DNA of 34,191 nt, taken from Bacillota bacterium (GTDB lineage Bacteria > Bacillota > JACPQU01). The notes under the pieces are model-generated. The model was not told the DNA's origin, made no database searches, and was given only the letters and a program-made list of their open reading frames with translations. The number at the start of each line of letters is the position of its first letter. Position 1 is the stretch's first letter. The stretch is from positions 1 through 34,191 of the forward strand of contig JACPQU010000156.1 of the NCBI GenBank assembly GCA_016190305.1. Reading direction: 5' to 3'. Positions 8,733 to 20,700 of the stretch are shown in pieces. Both the position numbers and the translations under genes were made by a program.

Positions 8733-8878
8733 AAATAAACCTTACACTGAAACCCTGTCCCACCGAGGCACCTGCCGCCGCGCCCCGAGCGCCGGAGCCG
8801 GAGCCCCGGGAAGGGCTCGGGAGCCGCTTCGGCGGCCCCCTGGTTGGAGAGAGAACCGGGGGAAAGGGGGTGCTACAA

Positions 8879-9085
8879 ATGGCAGACAAGAGGATCCCCG
8901 TGATTGATGCGGACCTGTGTACCGGTTGCAACATCTGCGTGGATGAGTGCCCGACAGATTCACTGGAACTCAACGCGGAAGATATTGCCGACCTGGTCCG
9001 CCCGGAGGATTGTGACGGCGAAGAGGAGTGCGGTACCTGCAGCGACGTCTGTCCATTTGAGGCAATCAGCTACAAGCCGGCCTGA
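8879..9085 (+). CDS. 2x[4Fe-4S] ferredoxin
   Basis: CTGCNICVDECP and CDGEEECGTCSDVCP in an acidic 68-aa protein; AAGGGGG RBS. Confidence 0.9.
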   Translation: MADKRIPVIDADLCTGCNICVDECPTDSLELNAEDIADLVRPEDCDGEEECGTCSDVCPFEAISYKPA

Positions 9086-9168
9086 ATATGCCGGATTGTA
9101 ACGGCCAAAGTCATACCCCGGGGCGAGTCGCGCAGGTACATCTGCCATGGCTCGCCCCGGCACTTGGA

Positions 9169-9945
9169 AGGGGCAGTGGCGACTTGCCGGTAATGCCGAT
9201 CCATAGGTGGCTTTTCAGCAAGATCAAGATGGTCGCGGGGCGGGAGGAGTTCCTGGTCCATGAGATGACGAGCCGCTTCGGAGCTGACCCGGGCAAGCTG
9301 GCCGAAGAAGCCTTGAGCAAGTACGCTCCTCCGGCCGGCGACCTTCAGCTTGAGAAGGAAGCCCAGGAGATGTCCATCCACAACTGGCTCTACAGCCAGA
9401 TCGCCGCCGCCGAGACGAGGGAAGGCGCAGCGGTCAAGGCCTTCGAGGAGAAGCTCGGCGACGCGGGGATCCAGGCGATGCGCGAGATCTACCGGAACCA
9501 TGGACGGAACGCGGCCGAAGCGCTCCGCGAGGGTCCGGCAGGATCGAATCCGGCGGGGGTCCAGGAAGCTTTCGGCCTCCTGCAGAACTGCTTCCTGGAC
9601 GGGATGCCTTGCGATCAGGTCGTCGAGGTGGCCGAAGCCTCGGGGAACCGCATCGAATGGCACCATGCCGATTGCCTCCACCTTGAGCACTGGAAGGAGG
9701 CAGGGGTTTCCGGAAAAACGATGTGCTCCTTGCTGGGGGAATGGCTCCAGGGGTTCGCCGCAGGGCTCAACCCAGGGATCGTCCACCAGCGGAAGGCCGC
9801 CATCGTCAACGGCTCCCAGGCCTGCATCGACGTCTACGAACAGGCAAGTTGAAGAACCTAAACGGAAACCCTAAACGCAAGGAATACTAAGGAATACTAT
9901 ATATGCTTCAATGATCCGGGGTCCCGCTGACGGCGTGGACCCATT
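9169..9945 (+). repeat. Long direct repeat, copy 1 (partner 21820-22630)
   Basis: Homology starts at AGGGGCAGTGGCGACTTGCCGGT, covers the CDS and resumes at TGATCCGGGGTCCCGCTGACGGCGTGG (9912-9938). Confidence 0.95.
9193..9852 (+). CDS. Conserved Cys-rich protein, V4R / ATC-hydrolase-like C-terminus (copy 1)
   Basis: PIHRWLFSKI, SIHNWL, LDGMPCD, CLHLEHW, GFAAGLNP and GSQACIDVY motifs, recalled from a clostridial hypothetical family. Start ATG 9193 or TTG 9184. Confidence 0.7.
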   Translation: MPIHRWLFSKIKMVAGREEFLVHEMTSRFGADPGKLAEEALSKYAPPAGDLQLEKEAQEMSIHNWLYSQIAAAETREGAAVKAFEEKLGDAGIQAMREIYRNHGRNAAEALREGPAGSNPAGVQEAFGLLQNCFLDGMPCDQVVEVAEASGNRIEWHHADCLHLEHWKEAGVSGKTMCSLLGEWLQGFAAGLNPGIVHQRKAAIVNGSQACIDVYEQAS

Positions 9946-10019
9946 CTTTCGCTGAAAGGAGAGCCCGCCTGGCCGACCAGCCGCCCGCCAGCAACAGCGC
10001 CCCGGCAGGGACAAACGAG

Positions 10020-10652
10020 AATCGGGCAGCCGCGGGTTGTCAATGCAATCAGGCCGGTGATTATCAGGACGATGGGCAACACCAGTTGCCCCGCCAGGAT
10101 CCCCATCGAAAAAGAGGTGAGCGCAGCAGGAGCCGGGTCGACTCCCGAACCGCCGCGGTACCCCGACTGCCCGAATGGATCCAGCCGGCTACGAAAGCCG
10201 ATTGGATGGCGATCATGAAGAGGGAAATCCACCGGGCCGTTCGGAGCGCATCCGCGGATGACCCGGTCCGAGTCGAAAGGCAAACAACCAGCAGCACGCC
10301 TCCGAGGCCGCTGGTCAGGCTCGTGCCGAGGGAAACAAGGAACGAGACCCTGCTACGCCAAAACGGGATGGCGTTGAAGGAAGCCAGCAGCATCGCGGGA
10401 TAGAGGGTGAGCAAACCGGGCGGAACCCCTTGAGATCCACGCCTTCCGCCAGCCGGACAACAGGAAGACGGTACGCTGCGGGTTCCGCGCTTCAAACAAC
10501 AGGACCAGGCCGGCGAGAACCCCTGCCAGGGCGCCCAGGAAGACCGCCGCGCGGCTCGCCAGCACCAGCCCGAACAGGATCATTGCGCCACAAAGGCCTT
10601 CCAGGAACAGGGAGGCGGCGGTCAATCCATACCAGTGTTTCTGGACTTGCAT
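10020..10652 (-). pseudogene. NrfD/DmsC-like (PadD-like) membrane anchor, frameshifted and deleted
   Basis: MQVQKHWYGL..SLFLEGL...SGWRKAWISRG in one frame, YPAMLLASFNAIPFW in a second and GILAGQLVLPIVL in a third. Left end approximate. Confidence 0.7.
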
Positions 10653-10669
10653 CGCAGGTATCCCCTATT

Positions 10670-10936
10670 TCAAGTAATACACCGATAATACACCGAAGGC
10701 TCGGTGCCCGCCTCATCCAGCAGCCTGATCCCGCCCCGCTCCCTGATCAGCCGTGCGACCAGGCCTCTCGGTTCATCCAGGTCTCCGAACCAGCGCGCCC
10801 CGGCCGGGCACAAGAGCACGCAGGACGGGGTGGCTTCCGGATCCTCCCCCGGAGACGGCGCACGCCTGGCAGCCGATACACCGATGGTAATCGACGTAAA
10901 CTATGCCGTCCGCCCGCTTGATCGTGGCCCAGTCAT
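10670..10936 (-). pseudogene. 4Fe-4S dicluster subunit (DmsB/PadC-like) remnant
   Basis: RBS plus ATG ACT, then out-of-frame ATIKRADGIVYVDYHRCIGCQACAVS, then EDPEATPSCVLLCPAGARWFGDLDEP...GTEPSVYY; 11-bp duplication at 10675-10696. Confidence 0.8.
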
Positions 10937-10955
10937 TTCAATCCTTCCCCTTCAC

Positions 10956-11075
10956 CTTGCGGATCCGATCAGCCTTGCGGACCCGCTTAGCCTACGGGTT
11001 GCAATCCCATCCCGGCCAGAATGAGCATCTTGCGGACCCTATCAGTCTTGCGGACCCGCTTAGCCTTGTAGACCC
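10956..11075. repeat. Degenerate 18-bp units CTTGCGGA(C/T)CC...AG(C/T), two blocks
   Basis: Two units near 10956-10992 and two to three units near 11029-11075, at the 3' end of the molybdoenzyme remnant. Confidence 0.7.
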
Positions 11076-11620
11076 GAACCTTGACCTGGTCCTTGGAGCC
11101 CCCGCACTCGTTGGTCAGCTCGATGAGGCTGGGCGCCAGCGAGTCAAGGTTGGGCAGTTCCATGTCCTTGGCCACGGGGGTGATCCAGTGCCCGAACCAG
11201 TGGGTGGTGACCACAGCCAGAAGGGATAATCGTCCGGTTGCTTTCCGTAGCACCGGATCAATACCTCATCGAGGATCTCCGCGGGATTCTCGAACGACGG
11301 CAGGGGTTGATACTCGGCAAGTTGGCGATCCCACCAGCGGATCCCGCGTTCGTGCAGCCGCTGTCCCAGTTCGGCCCCGATCCGCATGAACCGCTCCTGG
11401 TAAGGAAGCTCGAAACGCGCGCCGGGTCGCTTCATGGTCCGGCCCAGGTACCAGGGGCGGAAATAAGCGGGCCCCAGGTAGTACATTCCCTTCACCCTGG
11501 CCCCGGGATTGGGGACGAAGAAGCCGCCGTGCTCCTTGAACCAGTCGAGCCCGTGCTCCACCCGGCCCCCTTTCAGGAGCCGGGTCGCGGCCCGGCACAG
11601 GCGATCGTAGATCTATTCAG
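10987..11620 (-). pseudogene. C-terminal remnant of a molybdopterin oxidoreductase large subunit (PadB-like)
   Basis: HGLDWFKEHG, RFELPYQER..RIGAELGQRLHERGIRWWDRQLAEYQPLP, DYPFWL, then a frame change to GHWITPVAKD..PNLDSLAP. 5' part is lost at the AT-rich junction near 11620. Confidence 0.7.
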
Positions 11621-11785
11621 TTAGCACCTTGGGCATGGGGAACATAAGTTTGGGTTAAACGCATGAAATCCCTTTGGTCTTATGAAAAATACATTGCTTG
11701 AGCAATTTGCCGATTTGGTGCTCTTTCAAAAAGCGCAAAACCGAAAGCTTAGTCTCGTTTTCATAAGACAAAGCCTCGTGTCTTC

Positions 11786-13702
11786 TCAAGATATTACTTC
11801 AATTTTACTTTCCAACGGAAAACATACTTTAAATGTTGACCCCTCTCTCCCTGTTTCTATCTCTATTCTGGCATGATTGTCTTCAGCAATCCTGTGGCAA
11901 ACCGCCAGGCCGAGGCCGGTTCCTTTCTCCTTGGTCGAAAAGAACGGAGTGCCTATTTTATTGAGTACTTCCGGAGCGATCCCTTCCCCCTGGTCCTTGA
12001 CGGCCAGCACTACGGAATCGCCGTCCAGACAGGTTTTAATGGTTAACACACCCTTGTCGGCCATCGCTTCCAACCCGTTCCGGACGAGATTGAGTATGAC
12101 CTGCCTGATCTGCTTCTCATCCAGGAGCAGTTCGGGGACCTCCTCCAGAATGGCGTTGACCACGATCCCGTTCTTGCCGGCATCAGCCTTGATCATAGGC
12201 AACAGAGCGGACACGATATCGTTAAGGAAATGTTTTTTCTTGTATATGGCCGTATTCTTGGACAGAGAGAGAAATTCGGAGATAATGAGATTAATGCGGT
12301 CGATCTCATCGAGCATCGTGGTTAAGTGATCTTGATAAGAAGCTAGTTCGGTTTTCTTCTTGAGCAACTCGAGATAGCCCTTAACCACGGTTATCGGATT
12401 TCTGACCTCGTGGGCGATCCCTGCCGCGATCGCCCCGATCAGGTTAAGGCGTTCCAGGCGCGCCAATTCCTGTTCGAAGTGTTTCTTCTCGGATATATCT
12501 TTCAAGGTCGTCAGCCAGCAGTCGGCATCGTCAAGCTTGATCACCGATAATGAGGCCATGGTTCTGATGGTCTTCCCCGACTTGGCGCGGATATCCAATT
12601 CTTGATTGACTATGCCGCCCTGTTCCGGCAACTGTTCTCCCAAGCGTTGCAGGCCCACCCAGTCATCCTGCGACAATATGCCCAATCCAACAGGTGAGTG
12701 GCCGATAACTTCATCGGGAGCAAAGCCGAGGTTGTCAAGATAAGACTGGTTTACTTCTACGATCTTGTTGTCCGACATTTTTAAAATAGCGATCATGTCA
12801 GGACTATTGTTAAATATCTTGTAGAAGCGATCCTCCGATTGGTGCAGATCCACCTCGCGCAGCTTATCGGCGAGAGCGCGGTAACGTCCCTCGCTCTCCT
12901 TGAGCGCCTGCCCCATCCGCTCCCGCTGGGTGATATCGCGAAATACCAGGACTAACCCGATGATGTTTTCCTGATCATTTCTAATGGGTGCTGCCGAGTG
13001 CTCTATCAGGATCTCCATTCCGTCCCGCGTTACTAAAATCGAATTATTGACCGGACCTACGGCAACACCCTCGCGCAGAATACTGGTCACCGGGTTCTCG
13101 GTATGCTGGCGTGTCTCACTGTCGATGATATTATACACCTCAGTTAACTTGCTGCCCGAGATCTCTTCCAGCTTCCAGCCCAGCAAGTCCTCCGCAACCG
13201 GGTTCATGAAATTGATCAGGCCTTGCCCGTCGGTAGCAATCACAGCTTCCAAGATGCTCCTGAGCGTTATTTCAAACCACTTCTTGTTCTCTTGTAATTC
13301 TCTTTCCATATTATGCTTGTAGAGAGCTATCTCGATAGCTATGTACAGTTCCCTATCTTCAAAGGGTTTGAGTATATATCCATATGGTTCCGCGATCTTG
13401 GCGCGCTGCAAGGTGTCTTCATCCGAATAGGCGGTAAGGAAGACAATCGGAATATCGAAATGTTTATAGATATATTCGGCAGCTATTATTCCGCCCATTT
13501 CTCCATAGAGCATGATATCCATCAAAACCAGGTCAGGCTGTGTCTCCTGTGCATTTTTCACAGCTTCTTCCCCGGTAGATGCGATAGCAGGAACGAGATA
13601 TCCCAGCCTGACCAGCTTCCGTCGCAAGTCAAGGGCTACAACACCTTCGTCTTCAACAATCAATATCTTCTTCAGTTGTTTAATGCCGTTTGCGTTGGGC
13701 AT
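11786..13702 (-). CDS. Hybrid sensor kinase REC-PAS-PAS-HisKA-HATPase
   Basis: ILIVEDE...DLVLMDI...KPF receiver, two PAS/PAC domains, AHEVRNP H-box, NLVRNG, DQGEGI, PFFSTKEKGTGLGL; AAGGAG RBS. Confidence 0.93.
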   Translation of the reverse strand: MPNANGIKQLKKILIVEDEGVVALDLRRKLVRLGYLVPAIASTGEEAVKNAQETQPDLVLMDIMLYGEMGGIIAAEYIYKHFDIPIVFLTAYSDEDTLQRAKIAEPYGYILKPFEDRELYIAIEIALYKHNMERELQENKKWFEITLRSILEAVIATDGQGLINFMNPVAEDLLGWKLEEISGSKLTEVYNIIDSETRQHTENPVTSILREGVAVGPVNNSILVTRDGMEILIEHSAAPIRNDQENIIGLVLVFRDITQRERMGQALKESEGRYRALADKLREVDLHQSEDRFYKIFNNSPDMIAILKMSDNKIVEVNQSYLDNLGFAPDEVIGHSPVGLGILSQDDWVGLQRLGEQLPEQGGIVNQELDIRAKSGKTIRTMASLSVIKLDDADCWLTTLKDISEKKHFEQELARLERLNLIGAIAAGIAHEVRNPITVVKGYLELLKKKTELASYQDHLTTMLDEIDRINLIISEFLSLSKNTAIYKKKHFLNDIVSALLPMIKADAGKNGIVVNAILEEVPELLLDEKQIRQVILNLVRNGLEAMADKGVLTIKTCLDGDSVVLAVKDQGEGIAPEVLNKIGTPFFSTKEKGTGLGLAVCHRIAEDNHARIEIETGREGSTFKVCFPLESKIEVIS

Positions 13703-13715
13703 GGTGCCATTCTCC

Positions 13716-14759
13716 TTATTTCAAAGCCTCAAACATAATCATCACATTGGTTCCGCCGCATGAATCCAGATGAATAGTGCCTCTAAGCTGCTGAACCAGC
13801 ACGTTCACCAATGTCAATCCCAGTGATTCACAATTCTGTATATTGAATCCTTCTGGCATGCCGATACCATTGTCGCTGACTGTCACTTGAATTTTATTGC
13901 CGGGACTTTTTTTCATGGCAAGCCGGATTTCAGCCTTGCCGTCCACACACTTTGCCGAATCAGGAAAGGCGTGTTTGAGTGAATTGGAGATAAGTTCGTT
14001 GATGATCAGAGCACAGGGAATTACCGTATCGACACTGAGCGTAAAATCTTCAACACTTATGCTTGGTCTGATGCCCTTCTTGGTCGCCCCGTAAGATTGG
14101 AACAGGTTGGAAACCAGACCCGGAATGTAATCCCCGAGTTCAATCCATGCCAGGGATTGAGATTGGTATAGCTTTTGATGAATAAGCGCCATCGAATAAA
14201 TGCGGTCTTTACTCTCCTTGAACAATTCAATGGCCTGCTCGTCTTTTATGTAACCCATTTGCAGATTGAGCATGCTGTGGATGATCTGTAGGTTATTCTT
14301 AACGCGGTGGTGTATTTCTCTTAGAAGCGCATCCTTTTCTCGCAGTGAATCTTTGACCCGATCCTCAGCATGCCGGAGTTCCTGGTTGACGGCCTCGGTT
14401 TTTTCTCTCTCCATGTCAAAGTCATCGAGGATGTTCAACATTGCCCGCTGCGCATCTTCCAGCCGGGCCTTCTCCCCGGCAAAATCTTCCAGAATATTGA
14501 GCGCGGCGCGATATGTTACTTCAAGACGCTCTTTCTCATCGGCGAAGTCCTCAAGGATATTTAGCATCGCTTTTAGATAGTCCTCGACGTTAATCGTTGA
14601 TGTCACTTGTAAAGCTTCAGACATCAAGACTATCTCTTTCTCCCGGCTATCATCAACATTGGTAATCGCTGATTCTAGATGCAATGCTTCAGGCACCAGG
14701 CCCCCCCCTATCCAGCAATGAGCAATGAGTCCTGCTTTGAGATTCTCTAACCTCTCCAC
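13716..14759 (-). CDS. Cytoplasmic HisKA_2-type histidine kinase with N-terminal 21-aa repeats
   Basis: [13 protein letters not shown]-box, [21 protein letters not shown]. Start uncertain (GTG 14759 or ATG 14624). Confidence 0.9.
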   Translation of the reverse strand: MERLENLKAGLIAHCWIGGGLVPEALHLESAITNVDDSREKEIVLMSEALQVTSTINVEDYLKAMLNILEDFADEKERLEVTYRAALNILEDFAGEKARLEDAQRAMLNILDDFDMEREKTEAVNQELRHAEDRVKDSLREKDALLREIHHRVKNNLQIIHSMLNLQMGYIKDEQAIELFKESKDRIYSMALIHQKLYQSQSLAWIELGDYIPGLVSNLFQSYGATKKGIRPSISVEDFTLSVDTVIPCALIINELISNSLKHAFPDSAKCVDGKAEIRLAMKKSPGNKIQVTVSDNGIGMPEGFNIQNCESLGLTLVNVLVQQLRGTIHLDSCGGTNVMIMFEALK

Positions 14760-14761
14760 CT

Positions 14762-17700
14762 CTAAGCTTCATCCTGTGCCACCGCTACCTCCTGTGCCAC
14801 CGCTACCTCCTTGAGCGAGGTATCCATTGGCGCACTTGCCTTCCGTATTAAAGAATTTTCCCTCTGCAATTCTTCGATCTCCTTCTTCAGTTCGATCATC
14901 TTCAACTCCCGCCCGACGGTCAACTTCTGAAACCGTTCCAGTTCGGCCTGGCGCTCGAGCTCGCGTGCCCGCTGCTCCTCACGGGCTCTCTGCTCGGCGA
15001 TCTTCGCCTCGGCCTCCTTCTGGGTGGTGATGTCACGAGCGGCGGCAAAGACGCCGAGAATATTTTCCTGAGCGTCCCGGTACACCGAGGCGTTGTAGAG
15101 AACATCAGTGAACCGGTCGTCCTTGTGTCTGATCGTCAGCGAATAGTTCATGACGTACCCTTTGGAAAAAACCTGCTCGTATCCTTTGCGCGCCTTATCC
15201 GGCTCCGTGAAGTAATCAGAGAAGTCCGTACCGATCAGCCTGTCCCGGGGGATGCCGGTCACGTCCACGGTCGCCTCGTTGACGTCGGTGATCTTCCCCT
15301 CGGCGCTGATGGTGACGAAGGGGTCGAGACTGGCCTCAATCAGGCTGCGGGCGTAGAGAGACGCCTGGCGAAGTTGTTCCTCCGCCTGTTTCTTTTCCGA
15401 AATGTCAGTGCTCATCAGCAGGTAGCCGAGCGGGTTGCCTGCGGCGTCGTTGCGGCGGGTGACCACCACGCTGGCGATAAAGCGGGAGCCATTCTTACGG
15501 ACGCGCACGAACTCCCCTTCCGCCAGGCCCTCCTCGAAGGCAATCTTCAGCATCTGGTCCACCGCCCCCGAGGCGAGGTCCTCGGGCGCATGGAGGATGC
15601 TCGAACTCATGCCGATGATCTCCTCCGCCTCATAGCCGTAGTTGCGTACCGCCCCCTCGTTCCAGGAGAGGATCCGGTAGTTGAGGTCCTTGCCGATGAT
15701 GGAATACTTGGTCGAACTCTCCAAAATGTTGTCCAGCAAGTTTTTCGTCTCGGCCAGTTCCCGCATCACCTTGTTCGATTCAGTGACGTCCCGGGCGGCA
15801 GCAAATACGCCCAGCACGTTGCCGCGCACATCCTTGTAGACCGAGGCGTTGTAGAGAACATCGGTCAGGTTGGCATCCCGGTTCCGGATCACCAAGGGGT
15901 AGTCGGTAACGAAGCCCTTCTCGAACACCTTCAGGTAGCCTTCCCGCGCTTTGTCCGGCTCCGTGAAGTAGTCCGAGAAGTCCGTCCCGATCAACCGGTC
16001 CCGGGGTACGCCCGTCACCTTCACGGTGGCCTCGTTGACGTCGGTGATCTTCCCTTCCGGGCTGATGGTGACCAGGGGGTCGAGATTGACCTCGACCAGG
16101 CTGCGGGCGTACTGGGAAGTCTGCTGCTGAGCCGTAACGTCACGGGCGGCGGCGAAGACACCAATCACGTTGCCGCGCACATCCTTGTAGACCGAGGCGT
16201 TGTAAAGGACGTCGGTCAGGTTGCCGTCCCGGTTCCGGATCACCAGGGGGTAGTCGGTGACGAAGCCTTTATCGAACACCTGCTGGTAACCCTCCCGGGC
16301 CTTGTCCGGCTCCGTGAAGTAGTCCGAAAAGTCCGTCCCGATCAGCTTGTCCCGGGGGATGCCTGTCACCTTCACGGTGGCCTCGTTGACGTCGGTGATC
16401 TTCCCCTCCGGGCTGATGGTGACCAGGGGGTCAAGGCTGGCCTCAATCAGGCTGCGGGCATACTGGGACGTCTGTTGCTGAACCGTGACGTCCCGGGCGG
16501 CGGCAAACACACCTGCCACGTTGCCGCGCATATCCTTGTAGACCGAAGCGTTATACAAAACATCCACCAGGTTGCCGTCCCAGTTGCGGATCACCAGGGG
16601 GTAGTCGGTGACGAAGCCCTTCTCGAACACCTGCTGGTAGCCTTCCCGCGCCTTGTCCGGCTCCGTGAAGTAGTCCGAGAAGTCAGTCCCGATCAGCTTG
16701 TCCCGGAGGATGCCTGTCACCTTCACGGTGGCCTCGTTAACGTCGGTGATCTTCCCTTCCGGGCTGATGGTGACGAAGGGGTCGAGGCTGGCCTCGATCA
16801 GGCTGCGGGAATAGAGCGACGCCGCCCGGAGCTGCTCCTCCGCCCGCATGCGCTCCAGGAGATCCTCCCGCACCAGCCGGGAGTTCTCCAGAGAGATGGC
16901 CGCCTGCGAGGTCAGCAGTTCCGTCATCTGGGTCTTCCCTGACGTGAACACCCCGTCCGACAGCCGGTTTTCCAGGTACAGGATGCCGATCATCTTCGAT
17001 TGCTTGATCACCGGGAGGCAGAGGACGGAGCAGAGCGTCAACTCCTGGACCTCCGGTTTGTCCTTGAACATCCCTTCCTGGCAGGCGTTGTCGAGGATCA
17101 CCCGCTCCCCCGTCCGGTACACATAGCGGACGATCGCCTTGCAGATGTCGGCGGCGTCTTCCAGCTTTTTGTTGGAAGTCTTGACCACCTCTTTTTCGGT
17201 GATGTGGCTTTCCGCCCGGATAAACAGGTTGCCCTCCTCGGCGATGAGTAAATAGCCGTGCTGCGCCCCGGAACTCTCGATCACCACGTTCATGATCTTT
17301 TTCAGCAGGGCGTCCTGCTCCATCTCGGCCGAGATGGCCAGGGACGATTTCATCAAGTAGCTGATGTCCAGGTTGGGCAAGGTGTAGGAGGCGGAATCCA
17401 CCTCGAACTGCGAGCGCAGTGACTTCTCCGTCTCCCCGGACAGGGTGTAGGCGACCCCCTCCATCTCCCTCTGCGGGGAATGGGTTTTGTCCCTGTCGAA
17501 ATACTGGGGATAGCGCTCGATCAGGTTGATCTCCTTCCGTTTGGCGCCGCATTGCTTGTAGAGGTGCACCGCCTCGATGAAGTAGATCCGCTCGGAGCAC
17601 TGGCTCTCGTGCAGGAGCATCTCACCAAGACACTCGTGGAGGTACCCTTCCAGAAATGTATACTTTTGTTCGTGGGCACTGTTGATGGCATCCAGATAGA

Positions 17701-20700
17701 GGTTCCGGGCCTCCTTGAAAGAACCGGTGACCCGCTCCAGCTCGGCGTACAGGAAGGCGAGGTAGGGCTTCAGGAGGGGCCCCAGCGCCGCCCACTGCTC
17801 GACCTTGGTGATGATCGGCAGGATATCCGCCAGCAACTCCTCCTGGTTGGCGAACCCGATACCTCTTTCATACATTTTCAGGGCGTTCAACACCAGGAAG
17901 ACGTGCCACTGCCGCTTCAGTACGTTGTCCGTCAGGCCCGACAGGTAGCGCCGCACCCCGTTCAAGAAGACTTGCGCCTGCTCGTACTCCCCGAAGTAGT
18001 AGTGCGTCAGCCCCATGTGCACGCAATAGCTGCCCGCCGAGGCGATGTGATTGTCCCGCTCCCACTGCCTCAGCTTCTCCTCCATGGAGATGGGGGCGTA
18101 GTCCTTCTTCATCGGGGCGATCCAGCCTGCCTGCATCGCCTCGGCCAGGCCGACCGAGAAGGAGAGGTGGTACCGGTGGGAGAACTGCAGGCACTCTTTG
18201 GCGTAGTCTTCGATCAGGCACAGGTTCGCTCCCTGCACCTGCAGGTTCCACATCAGGGGGCCATAGGAGAGGCCGGCGTTATACAGGTCGCCGCAGGTCT
18301 TCCCGCACTGGATCGACCGCTGGCAGTAGTCCACAATCTCCCACGGGCTTTTGCGCGAGTGCATGTTGCACCAGACAATCCCATTCATGCCCCGGGTGGC
18401 CCCGAATGTGTTCGGGTACTTGGCGGACAGGTCGCGCGCCAGGTCCTCGTACTTGAAGGCCTGGGCGAACTCCCCCTGCTCCCCGAGCTGCAGCCCCATG
18501 ATGCTGAAGGAATAGATCACCGACTCGTCCATGCCGCCCGCTAGGCAGTGCCGGGTCGACTGCGCCGCCGACAGGTAAAGCTGCGGCACCATTCCGGACA
18601 TGTACAGGTCGGGGATCAGCTCGCTGTAAAAGGCTAGTTCGATCTTGCTCCGGCGGTCGGTGGTGAATGGCATGTTCAGGATCGTCCCCCAGACGTCCTT
18701 CTCCTGGGTGTCGATCTCCGCCATCAGCTCCCGCAGCCTGCGGTCGGCCTCCTCGGGGCTGTCCGGGATGGCCTTGCCGAAATAGGCCAGGCCGCGGTTG
18801 GCCGTCTCGATCGCCTTGATAAAGTTGCCGATGCTGGACAAGGAGGTAGTCTGCTCCGCCAGGCACTCCGCCTTGTCCAGATCGGTCTTGGCATGGTCGA
18901 GCAGCCTGGTGAGCAGCCGCTCGGAATTCTCGTAATTACCGCACATCAACTCGGTCTTGGCAGCCTTTTGAAAAATCCTGAAGGTGCGTTCGTAGTGTTC
19001 CTCCTCCCAGCAGTTCGCCGGCAGCAATTCCCGGCTAAGGTCGAAATACTCGTTGGCCGCTGACGTGGCCAGGGAATCCAGGGCCTTGTTGCCGGCGTGG
19101 TAGTTGAGGTCGGACAGCAGGTACGCCGTCTGGTTATCCAGGTCGCCCTCCCGCCCCAGGTTGAGGTGAGACACGATGGCGAACAGGTCCTCGTTGCTTT
19201 CGATCTCCTGGACGCTGTCGGCCACCGTGCCCAGCAGGTGGTTCCCGATCTGCCAGTGGATCTGGCGCCGCCTCTCCGCCGAGATATTGGACAGCGTCGC
19301 CTCCTGGACCTTGTCGTGGATGAACTGCAACCGGCCACCCTTGTTCTCCATCAGCAGCCCCTGTCCGAGAGCCGGTTTCAGGACCTCGAAGGTTTCCATG
19401 AGGGTCATCCCGTTGATCAGGGCGATGTCAGCGGGCGAGAAGGTGTTGCCCATGCAGGCGCAGTACTCCAGCAGGGTGATCAGGTTCAGTGGCAGTTTCT
19501 GGATCTTGGAGTTGAACAGGGCGACCACGGTGTTCGGCATGTCGGACTTGCGGATCTTGTCGATGTCCCATCGCCACTGCCGTTTATCATCGAAGTACAG
19601 CAGATCCTCGTTGTAGAGATAGGACAGGCTCTCGCTGACGAACAGGGGGTTGCCATCGCTTAGCATGCTGATGAAATCCGACAGAGCCTTAGTCTGCGCC
19701 AGGGAAAAGTCCAGGATGTAAGAGACCATCTCGTGGCAGTATTGTGGCTTCAGGGGCCCCAGTTGGATTTCCTCCAGCGGCTGGCCGCACTCCTTAGCGT
19801 TCCGGATCAGCCTGGTCAGGGGGTGGCTGGAGTCCACCTCGTTATCGCGGTACGCCCCCAGGAAGAAGAGATAGGGGTGGTCCTGGTAGTTGGCGAAGAT
19901 ATTGGCCAGGAAGTCAAAGGAGGCGGCATCGCACCACTGCAGGTCGTCGATGAACAGGGTCAGGGGGTTCTCCTTGCTGGCCAGGCAGGTCAGGAACCGG
20001 TCGAAGGTATCGTGGAACCGGTTCAGCGATTCCACCGGGGGCAGGGGTTTGACCTCGGGCTGCGGGCCGATCAGCAGATCCAGCTCCGGGATCTCCTCTG
20101 TCAGCACCCTCCCGTTCTGCCCGATGGCGCCCAGGATCCTCTTCTTCCAGAACACCATCCGCTCGTCGCTCTCGGTCAGGAACGTCCGCATCAGGTTCCG
20201 GAGCGCCTGGATCAGGGAACTGTAAGGAATGTTCTTCTGGTAGACGTCGAACTTTCCCGACGTGAAATAACCCTTGTGCCTGACGATTGGTTTTTGCAGG
20301 TCCTGGATCAGGCGGGTCTTCCCGATCCCGGACAGCCCTGAGATGAATAGCGATTGAAACGCTCCCGCCGCCGCCTTCTCGTATTCTTCGAGGATAATCT
20401 CGGCCTCTTCTTCACGCCCGACCATCTTGGAGACGAAGTTGACTCGGTGCGTATAAACGCTGCTCTCCAGTGGGAATTCGCGGATGATGCCGGCGGCCAG
20501 ATACTCGTCCCGGCAGCGCACCAGGTCGGCCAGCAGCCCGCTGGCGTTCTGGTAGCGCTTCTCGGGCGCCTTGAGCATCAGCCTGGAGATGATCTTGCTA
20601 AGGATTACGGGAATCTCCGGGTTCAACTCATGGACCTCCGGCGCCTCCTCCGCCAGGTGAGAGTGGATCAACTCCAGGGGATCGTCGGAGGAGAACGGCA

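Noticed and set aside
10956-11075. Short repeats as a CRISPR array (also 33721-33806 and 8700-8732)
   Set aside because: Units are short, degenerate and tandem with no unique spacers; no cas genes present.
15125-16942. 605-aa + strand ORF, and similar long antisense ORFs at 24766-27006, 28074-29246 and 31489-32670
   Set aside because: Shadow ORFs opposite well-supported high-GC genes, with no recognisable motifs.
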